A stretch of DNA of 64,000 nt. Origin: an uncultured Pseudomonadota bacterium. Its GTDB lineage: Bacteria; Pseudomonadota; Alphaproteobacteria; Rs-D84. Positions 48,253-55,803 of this stretch are shown here, piece by piece (position 1 is the first letter of the stretch; every line of letters starts with the position of its first letter). The notes under the pieces were generated by a model. The model saw only the letters and a list, made by a program, of their open reading frames with translations, made no database searches and was not told the DNA's origin. The position numbers were made by a program, and so were the translations under genes. The stretch is taken from positions 10,995 to 74,994 of the forward strand of contig OOHL01000004.1 of the NCBI GenBank assembly GCA_900321105.1, read 5' to 3'.

Positions 48253-49542
48253 ATGCAGATTCGTAAATTTTTAAAATTATTTTTGATTTGCATTTGTTGC
48301 GCAACTGCTTTCATTGGTTATTCATATGCAGCAGGAAACATTCCACATGGTGATATCGGTGAATATGGCAATTGGATAACATCTGATAACATGGAAAAAT
48401 ATAACGAAATTTTGTCTAGTGATGCAAAAAATTTCCAACAAGATTTCCAAACAAATCTGCATTCAACAAATTTTGTTCCAATTGAAGTAAAAATCGGATT
48501 GGTGTTTATGAAAGCGTTATCATCAATTGATTATGTTCTACAAACATCTCTGGTTCGATTTGTTATATGGTTTTTATTTATAATGTATGCATTTTGGGTT
48601 GGATTGACTGCATATAAACTAATTCGTGAATCATCTGATTATAAAACCGTTTTATATAATGTTTTTATCAAAGGGATCACCATTGTCGCATGGATAATAA
48701 TTTTAAATTATGGTCCCGCAAAAATATTTACTATGATAATAACGCCTATTATCTCACTGGGTGTTTATTTGTCTGATTTTATATTAGATGCTGTTGCCCA
48801 AACATATAATGTGAATATTCCAGACACATGTGCAACAATACATCAATATGTTAATTCAAATGTACCAGATAAATTGTTAATAAACCCGGATGCCGCGGCT
48901 AATATAATGTGTTTACCGGCAAGGATTTCTGTATATTTTTATCATGCAACCGCATCTGCATTTGAATGGATGGTTAACGGATTTGGTAACAGTGCAACAA
49001 TGGTGGTAGTTGGTGCTGTATGTGTTATTATGTTTATTGGATGCATATTCAAATATGCTTTCATGACATTGGGTGTTGTTGCAGATTTGTTCTTAACTTT
49101 GTTGATGTTACCATTTACCGCTCTTGCAGAATCAATGCCTGAAATAAAAGAAGACAATTATGCCGGACAAATATTTTCTGGATTATTAAAAGTATTTAAT
49201 GCACAAGATTATAAATTATCGGGCATAATATCTAAATTTATAAACGCAACAATATATTTTGTATCTTTAGCAATTATAATTGCAATATGTGCGGCATTAC
49301 TAACAAATATTGTATCGATAAATAACAATGACGAATATCATGTTGGTTCTGCAATGACAATGATATTATGTGGCGCATTGGTATTCTATTTGGCTGGTCA
49401 GGCTGAAAAACTGGCTGAAGACCTTGGTGGAAAAATTGATAATTCATTTGGGAAACAATTACAAGGTGATACAAAAACACTTTGGGGCGATGTAAAAAAG
49501 CTTGGTTCTATGGCATATAAAGATTGGTTAAAGAAAAAATAA
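48253..49542 (+). CDS. Polytopic membrane protein, paralog P5 (VirB6/TrbL-like, tentative)
   Basis: 429 aa with a signal peptide ending SYAA-G. It has a loop Cys pair (CATIHQ...IMC) and the Pro-helix LLMLPFTALAES. The tail reads GDTKTLWGDVKK...KKK, like P2. Confidence 0.75.
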   Translation: MQIRKFLKLFLICICCATAFIGYSYAAGNIPHGDIGEYGNWITSDNMEKYNEILSSDAKNFQQDFQTNLHSTNFVPIEVKIGLVFMKALSSIDYVLQTSLVRFVIWFLFIMYAFWVGLTAYKLIRESSDYKTVLYNVFIKGITIVAWIIILNYGPAKIFTMIITPIISLGVYLSDFILDAVAQTYNVNIPDTCATIHQYVNSNVPDKLLINPDAAANIMCLPARISVYFYHATASAFEWMVNGFGNSATMVVVGAVCVIMFIGCIFKYAFMTLGVVADLFLTLLMLPFTALAESMPEIKEDNYAGQIFSGLLKVFNAQDYKLSGIISKFINATIYFVSLAIIIAICAALLTNIVSINNNDEYHVGSAMTMILCGALVFYLAGQAEKLAEDLGGKIDNSFGKQLQGDTKTLWGDVKKLGSMAYKDWLKKK

Positions 49543-49544
49543 GA

Positions 49545-51614
49545 TTAAATAAATTTCACAAAATCACGCGCTACATTTTTTATACCACGTGTTTTAAAAG
49601 CAATTGTTAGTGTCTTGTCATTTTCAGCAATAACAACACCAGTACCCATTTCTGCATGCATAACCATTTTACCAACAACAGATTCTGATTTAAATTTTGG
49701 TTTTGATGGCACTGCTTTAGGTTCACTGTATGTTCGTCCACCATTAAGACTGACGAAACGTTTATCAATTTCATTTATAAAACGCGATGGTAATTGATAA
49801 AGCCGCTGACCAAATACAGTTCGCACCATAGCATTAGTAATTATTGCACGTGTTTTTGCGCGTGTAATTGCAACATATGCTAAACGACGTTCTTCTTCTA
49901 TATCGCTGTCTGATTTATTTTCATTTGGAAATATACCCTCTTCCCAGGCCGGCAAGAACACTGTATCAAATTCCAATCCTTTGGCGGCATGTATTGTCAT
50001 TATTGAAACCAGATTTTTATCGTCTGTTTCATTATCATTATCATCAGTCATCATCAATGCCGCGTGTTCCAAAAATTCAGGAAGTGTATTATATTTTGCA
50101 ACAACACTGTTTATCAATTCACGAATATGCTCTAATCTTTCACCGGCATCAACATCTTTAGATTCGCGCCACATTTTTAAATATCCAGATTTTTCCAATA
50201 AATTTTGCACTGCATCTTTTGGTGGCAATGCCTGCCAATCAAAATCAAATGCAGATAAAAATTCATCCGCGGCCGTTTGTTGTTTCGATGATAATTTGAT
50301 TAGTTTTAATGCATCCATTAAACTTTTACCAGTTTCACGCAATTTAGCAATTGCACCTTCGCCAAATCCACGACGCGGTTTTGAAATAATACGCTCAAAG
50401 GAAACATCATCAAATTGGTAAACCAACAAACGCGTATAAGCGATTGCATCACGAATTTCGGCCCTGTCATAGAATTTTGTTGCACCAATCAAACGATATG
50501 GAATTTTACGCGAAGTAAATTCTTCTTCAAAAGTTCTGGATAGAGATCCCATACGAATCAGTATTGCAAACGATGAATAATTATTATTTGCATTTCGTGA
50601 TATTGTATCGGAAACAAATCGCGCCTCATCCCAATCAGATGGCAATGTTAAAACATAAACAGGTTCACCGTTTGATTCAACATCTGATGCGCGCAAATCT
50701 TTACCCAGACGTCCCATATTATTTTTAATTAATGAATTAGCCGCGCCCAGAATATTCGGCGTGCTGCGATAATTTATTTCCAAACGAATTATCTTTGCCC
50801 CAGGATAAGTTTTTTCGAATTCCAAAATATTTCTTATTTCCGCACCGCGCCACGAATAAATAGACTGATCATCATCGCCGACACAGCAAATATTTGGTTT
50901 TTCCTTATCAGCAGTTAATATTTTTAATAAATTCATTTGTGCCACGTTAGTATCTTGAAATTCATCGACCAATATATATTTAAATTGGTTTTGATATTTA
51001 CGTAAAATTTCTGAATTTTGTTCGAACAACCGCAAAACAAATAAAATAATATCACCAAAATCAATCGCACCCAGTTTCTGCAGTTCCGCATTATATGCAT
51101 TTAATATTTTTAACGCGATTGGTGAAAGGGACATTTTTTCAAAATCACTGCAACCTTTGTCTTTGATATTTGAAATTCTTTCCACCCAATCAGACGGATT
51201 AAATTCCTTGGCATCCAATGCCATATTTGTTATTACACGTTTAAGGACAGCCTTTTGGTCATCTTCGCCATAAATCAGGAAATCATGACGCAATCCAGCC
51301 GCCGCATAATTGCTGCGCAGAATGCGCAAACACATTGAATGAAAAGTCCCCATCCACAAATCACCACAAAGATGTGCTATTTCTTGATATTGTGCAACAC
51401 GAAAACGCATTTCATTCGCGGCTTTGTTAGTAAAAGTCAAAGCCAATATTTGCCATGGATATGCCGCACCCGTATATAAAATATGTGCAACACGCGATGT
51501 TAAAACGCGCGTTTTACCGGTCCCAGCCCCGGACAACACTAAAAGAGGTCCGTCCAGTGTTGTGACAGCCTGTTTTTGTGCATCGTTCAAATCAGACATG
51601 TAATCCATAGGCAT
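49545..51614 (-). CDS. uvrD: UvrD/PcrA/Rep-family ATP-dependent DNA helicase
   Basis: Walker A reads VLSGAGTGKT. Also has DEFQDTN and C-terminal helicase motifs (VSIMTIHAAKGLEF, RRLAYVAITRA). Confidence 0.9.
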   Translation of the reverse strand: MPMDYMSDLNDAQKQAVTTLDGPLLVLSGAGTGKTRVLTSRVAHILYTGAAYPWQILALTFTNKAANEMRFRVAQYQEIAHLCGDLWMGTFHSMCLRILRSNYAAAGLRHDFLIYGEDDQKAVLKRVITNMALDAKEFNPSDWVERISNIKDKGCSDFEKMSLSPIALKILNAYNAELQKLGAIDFGDIILFVLRLFEQNSEILRKYQNQFKYILVDEFQDTNVAQMNLLKILTADKEKPNICCVGDDDQSIYSWRGAEIRNILEFEKTYPGAKIIRLEINYRSTPNILGAANSLIKNNMGRLGKDLRASDVESNGEPVYVLTLPSDWDEARFVSDTISRNANNNYSSFAILIRMGSLSRTFEEEFTSRKIPYRLIGATKFYDRAEIRDAIAYTRLLVYQFDDVSFERIISKPRRGFGEGAIAKLRETGKSLMDALKLIKLSSKQQTAADEFLSAFDFDWQALPPKDAVQNLLEKSGYLKMWRESKDVDAGERLEHIRELINSVVAKYNTLPEFLEHAALMMTDDNDNETDDKNLVSIMTIHAAKGLEFDTVFLPAWEEGIFPNENKSDSDIEEERRLAYVAITRAKTRAIITNAMVRTVFGQRLYQLPSRFINEIDKRFVSLNGGRTYSEPKAVPSKPKFKSESVVGKMVMHAEMGTGVVIAENDKTLTIAFKTRGIKNVARDFVKFI

Positions 51615-51690
51615 TTTTTTAATTTTCCATATTGTAATTTATAAAAGAATTCTATACAATCATTTTGTTTAAAAAGCCAAGGGATTATTT

Positions 51691-52377
51691 ATGTCACGTA
51701 TAATTTGCTTTGACATTGAAACAACCGGATTCGAATACATGCGCGGCGACCGCTGTATTGAAATCGGTGCGGTTGAATTAATTGACGGCAAATTAACAGA
51801 AAACACTTTTCATGAATATATCAATCCCGAAGGTAAAATTATTCCACCAGAAACATATATGGTTCATAAAATATCTAATGCATTTTTGGAAGACAAACCA
51901 AAAATGTCAGTTGTTGCACCAAAGTTTCTGGAATTTATCGGTGATTCACAAATCGTCGCACATAATGGGCTGGACTTTGACTTTCCATTTATAAATTTTG
52001 AATTGGAAAAATTACATTTAAAACCAATTCCGCGATCACAAATGTTGGATTCAATTGTTATTGCACGTAATCGTGTTTATGGGCCTAAATCTTACACGCT
52101 GGACGCGTTGGCAAAATGGTTTGGTGTTTCCCTTACCGCACGTGCAGATGCGCATGGTGCGTTAATTGACGCAGAAATTTTGGCACATGTTTATACCGAA
52201 TTGGAAAACACAGCCCCAGCAATAGATATAAATGAATTGATTGAAAAGCAACACGAACAATTTTTAAAGACACCTAAGATTGGAAACGATTTTCCAAAAC
52301 GCACGTTTGATGTACCAAACGACGAACTGGAAATTCACAATAAATTCATGGATAAATTATTAAATCCAGAAAAATAA
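51691..52377 (+). CDS. dnaQ: DNA polymerase III epsilon subunit / DEDDh 3'-5' exonuclease
   Basis: Exo I is CFDIETTG, Exo II is AHNGLDFDFPF and Exo III is HGALIDAEIL. Confidence 0.85.
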   Translation: MSRIICFDIETTGFEYMRGDRCIEIGAVELIDGKLTENTFHEYINPEGKIIPPETYMVHKISNAFLEDKPKMSVVAPKFLEFIGDSQIVAHNGLDFDFPFINFELEKLHLKPIPRSQMLDSIVIARNRVYGPKSYTLDALAKWFGVSLTARADAHGALIDAEILAHVYTELENTAPAIDINELIEKQHEQFLKTPKIGNDFPKRTFDVPNDELEIHNKFMDKLLNPEK

Positions 52378-52383
52378 TCAGCC

Positions 52384-54669
52384 CTAACTGTCACTTGCTA
52401 TACAAACATTACTGCTGTTTGCAGTATATCCAGATGGGCACGATGTCAAGCATGAAGAATTATATAAATAATAGCCAGTTGGACACGATGAAACACATGT
52501 AGAACCACTGACTAAATAACCTTCTTTGCAAACACATCTGTCGTTGACATAACGATCTTGGTCATCCCCCGCATCTGCCCGATCTGTCAAAGTAAAATAG
52601 GAATTATCAGGACAAAGCAATGATTGATAAAAGATTTCCGAAATACCACTTATCAATTCTGGTGCTTGCAATCTTGATAATGCATCGACCTGTGCCGGAG
52701 ACAATATTGCAGAATACGCTTCTTCATCACTATCGGTCTGCAAATATTCCTTCTTTATTTCCAACATCTTGTCGCCCATATCTTTATCATATGCAAACAC
52801 AGCATAACCACATGTCAGGGCTACATTATAACACGCACCTGTCATAACTTTATATATATTGTTCACAGATGCTGATGTTGTCCATGATGTTATTTGACTA
52901 TTTTGTTGGTTATAACAATCCTGAATATCGGCCATACAGGTTGATGCATAATCAGAAATGATTCTTGATTGTGCGGCCTTGATATTTACCATTGCGCGTT
53001 GAATATAATTTATAACAACTTCGTTGTATGGGTTATAGTTAGAATTTTTACCAGATTGTATATAAGTATAATCTTGACATTTGTCCAAAACGGCACGACA
53101 AAGCCCACCATCTTTGACACTGTTACCTGTTCCAATTTTTTGCATTAAATAATTAACGATACACGCACCATCGTGTTCTGGACACGTTGTATTGCCAGAC
53201 GATGCTTTTATAAAATCAGCTGTAATGGATGTATTATTATAACCGGTCATAAAATCAGTTATATTTGCAATATTTTTACCCAACACAACTTCGCCGTTTT
53301 CGTCAATATATCTTTTGGTTGGGTCCAAACATTTTACATAATTATCGCCACAAACCATATCATCCAGCATACACTTTTCAAGCGCACCAACACAGCCTTT
53401 GATATCATATTCATTTTTATTTTGCAGAACCGCCAAACGCGCCTTTTGCAACATTAAATTTGCACTGCGCACATTGTTTTTCAACGTATCATTTAATTTA
53501 ACCAGACCCTGTTCATACGCTACACAGTCTTTATCAATTGCCAAATCATAGTTTCCAGAAATTTGATCTTCGGTTCCACCTGCATCCTTGCAACGATTAA
53601 GAACTGTTTTACAACGTTTTTTAGCCTCTGTATAAAGTGCCTTGCCACGTTTAGATGAAATATCATTGCCGCCTGAATTGAACATATCAAGCGAGAACAA
53701 ATCCGAAGAATCAGATGAAAAATCAAAATCCATATCCAACAAAGAATCTGTCGATGAAGACGCTGTCAATGTTGTAGAAGAAGTCGGATCTTTTATCATA
53801 TCGGCAATATCATCCAACAAAGAACGTGTTTGCGTATTATCTTTGGTTTTACCCATTTCAACTTCTGCTTCGGTTGCAGACATAATCGCACGAATTTCAT
53901 CCGCAGACAAACCAACATAACGGATACGTTGTGCAACATCATTTAATTCAACATTTGCATCTTCGACTGCTTTTTGAGCCTTGGCATATTTAGCCAAATT
54001 CGCAGAACAAGAACATCTTTTTTGATTTGTATCCACAACCGCACAGAATTGATCCATACATTCATTGTATTGTTGCTGACATGTACTGTTTAAATCGGAT
54101 GTTTTTTCCAGAATATCTTTTGCCTCTGCCAAAGATTCTGCCGTTATTGTCTTTTGTTGTTTCTGAGAACCAAATATAGATGCACGCGATTGAATACCAC
54201 GAACCTGTTCATCAATATTAGAACCTGTTTGAATGCCTGTGTTTCCGATTGTTGCACGACCACCAACTTCCGCAGTAGATGCACGCAAAGTTATACCTGC
54301 ACGACGAACAGCCGCAGTATTGTTAATGCTGGCTGCTTCGGTACGTGCACTGCGCCCGACAGTATTTACAGCATCACTTAAAGTTTGACGTGTTCCGGTT
54401 TTGCGATTATTTACAGACCGTGAAACAACATTTGTTGATGGTTTGGTATTTGTTGTTGAAACAGGTGCCGTACGCGATACCGTGCGTGAAATCGTCGTTG
54501 CACGTTCATCGGTGCGCGCACTGCGATTTTTAACAGTTGTTTCCACCTTTTGTTCGACATCTTCAACTGAATTTTTTGTTGGAATTGCGCGGGATATAGA
54601 ACCATCCGCCGCAAAAGCATTTGCGACACACAACAGCCCGGCGAAAAGATATAACGAAATCTTTCTCAT
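52384..54669 (-). CDS. Large cysteine-rich secreted protein, paralog A (761 aa)
   Basis: It has a signal peptide (LLCVANAFA-A) and a ~150-aa basic R/S/T/N-rich low-complexity region. A Cys-rich body follows, opening with CQQQYNECMDQFC...KRCSC. I count 29 Cys, with nine C-x6-C units. The C-terminus CVCKEGYLVSGSTCVSSCPTGYYLYNSSCLTSCPSGYTANSSNVC is furin/EGF-like. Confidence 0.8.
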   Translation of the reverse strand: MRKISLYLFAGLLCVANAFAADGSISRAIPTKNSVEDVEQKVETTVKNRSARTDERATTISRTVSRTAPVSTTNTKPSTNVVSRSVNNRKTGTRQTLSDAVNTVGRSARTEAASINNTAAVRRAGITLRASTAEVGGRATIGNTGIQTGSNIDEQVRGIQSRASIFGSQKQQKTITAESLAEAKDILEKTSDLNSTCQQQYNECMDQFCAVVDTNQKRCSCSANLAKYAKAQKAVEDANVELNDVAQRIRYVGLSADEIRAIMSATEAEVEMGKTKDNTQTRSLLDDIADMIKDPTSSTTLTASSSTDSLLDMDFDFSSDSSDLFSLDMFNSGGNDISSKRGKALYTEAKKRCKTVLNRCKDAGGTEDQISGNYDLAIDKDCVAYEQGLVKLNDTLKNNVRSANLMLQKARLAVLQNKNEYDIKGCVGALEKCMLDDMVCGDNYVKCLDPTKRYIDENGEVVLGKNIANITDFMTGYNNTSITADFIKASSGNTTCPEHDGACIVNYLMQKIGTGNSVKDGGLCRAVLDKCQDYTYIQSGKNSNYNPYNEVVINYIQRAMVNIKAAQSRIISDYASTCMADIQDCYNQQNSQITSWTTSASVNNIYKVMTGACYNVALTCGYAVFAYDKDMGDKMLEIKKEYLQTDSDEEAYSAILSPAQVDALSRLQAPELISGISEIFYQSLLCPDNSYFTLTDRADAGDDQDRYVNDRCVCKEGYLVSGSTCVSSCPTGYYLYNSSCLTSCPSGYTANSSNVCIASDS

Positions 54670-54784
54670 TTCCTTAAGGATAATTATACCATAAAACCCC
54701 AGATAAAAAAAGAGAAATTCAGATAAAAAGGATTAATTGTTCGGAATTTAAAATTCTTGGAATAAGATTCGTCAAAAGTTCAAT

Positions 54785-54868
54785 GTCATGCTGAGCGAAG
54801 CATGAGCATCCATAACAAACCTGTCGCCATGATGGATTCCCGCGCTTGCACTGCTCGCTCGGAATGAC
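54785..54868. repeat. GC-rich palindromic (REP/MITE-like) element
   Basis: GTCATGCTGAGCGAAGCA ... TGCTCGCTCGGAATGAC are imperfect terminal inverted repeats. A nested ATCCAT/ATGGAT hairpin sits inside. It lies between the paralog A start and the rpmA terminator. Confidence 0.6.
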
Positions 54869-54881
54869 ATAGAGTATTTAC

Positions 54882-54909
54882 AAAAAAAACACCGCCAGAT
54901 TTGGCGGTG
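54882..54909 (-). terminator. Rho-independent terminator of rplU-rpmA
   Basis: The minus strand reads CACCGCC-AAATCT-GGCGGTG-TTTTTTTT. Confidence 0.8.
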
Positions 54910-54930
54910 CAGATAACAAAATAAATTTTA

Positions 54931-55176
54931 TTATTTTGATTCGGTTTCTGGAACAACAGAAACAGTTTTTCTGTCGCCATTGCCACGTTTAAATGTGACA
55001 ATACCTGCGATTTTAGCAAACAAAGTATGATCTTTGCCCATACCAACGTTTGCGCCTGGATGAACAGATGTTCCACGTTGACGAATGATGATGTTTCCTG
55101 GGATAACGTGAGATCCACCACTTTTCTTCACACCCAATCTGCGTCCGGCTGAATCGCCCGCTTTCTTATGTGCCAT
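54931..55176 (-). CDS. rpmA: 50S ribosomal protein L27 (81 aa, shortened N-terminal segment)
   Basis: [21 protein letters not shown]...[26 protein letters not shown]. Confidence 0.9.
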   Translation of the reverse strand: MAHKKAGDSAGRRLGVKKSGGSHVIPGNIIIRQRGTSVHPGANVGMGKDHTLFAKIAGIVTFKRGNGDRKTVSVVPETESK

Positions 55177-55207
55177 AATTTAACTCCTTAGGTTTTGGGT
55201 CTGTCCA

Positions 55208-55507
55208 TTAGGCCTTGATTGATTTGATTTTCAAAACAGTGATAAACTGACGATGACCGGCAGTTCTGCGATAGTTTTGACGACGTTTTTTCTTGAACAC
55301 TAAAACTTTGTCTGTGCGTTTTTGTTCGACAACTTCTGCAACAACAGATGCGCCATCGACAAAAGGTGTTCCAACTTTGTCACCAACCATTAAAACCTGG
55401 TCGAAAGTGACAGAACCTGTGGCGTCCAGTTTTTCAACTTTGATAATATCGCCCTCAGATACACGATATTGTTTTCCACCGGTTTGAAAGATTGCAATGT
55501 TAGCCAT
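55208..55507 (-). CDS. rplU: 50S ribosomal protein L21
   Basis: [27 protein letters not shown]... Confidence 0.9.
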   Translation of the reverse strand: MANIAIFQTGGKQYRVSEGDIIKVEKLDATGSVTFDQVLMVGDKVGTPFVDGASVVAEVVEQKRTDKVLVFKKKRRQNYRRTAGHRQFITVLKIKSIKA

Positions 55508-55629
55508 TATACTTTCTCTTTTGTTAATTTGTTAAACTGAAATTTATGCTTTCGCACAAAATTTTATGCAAATTATACACACAAAACACCAAAAGTCAAC
55601 AATTTTGTCGAAACTTTTATGCATTTTAA

Positions 55630-55735
55630 GTTCCCCTCCGGTGGATGGGTGGCACGAAGTGACGGGGTGGTCTTTAGTATTTGATTTTTTAAAGACCACC
55701 TCCCCCTTGCGGGTACTCCTCCAACGGAGGAGAAC
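55630..55735. repeat. GC-rich palindromic (REP/MITE-like) element in the rplU upstream region
   Basis: The outer inverted repeat is GTTCCCCTCCGGTGG / CCAACGGAGGAGAAC, matching 13 of 15. The inner long stem is GGGGTGGTCTTTA (55664-55676) / TAAAGACCACCTCCCC (55690-55705). There is also a local hairpin, CTCCTCC-AAC-GGAGGAG. Confidence 0.6.
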
Positions 55736-55758
55736 TTTAATCTCTGGAATAAAACCAT

Positions 55759-55779
55759 AAAAAAACCGCCGAAGCGGTT
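55759..55779 (-). terminator. Rho-independent terminator after Cys-rich paralog B
   Basis: The minus strand reads AACCGC-TTCG-GCGGTT-TTTTTT. Confidence 0.75.
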
Positions 55780-55803
55780 ATGAATAATACATTTTTATTG
55801 CTA

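Noticed and set aside
54786-55121. Track ORF 54786-55121 (-), 111 aa
   Set aside because: It overlaps rpmA in another frame and then runs through the terminator and the palindromic element. No independent support.
55566-55760. Track ORFs on both strands across 55566-55760
   Set aside because: They are translations of the GC-rich palindromic element. Peptides such as TTPSLRATHPPEGN are typical of translated repeats rather than genes.
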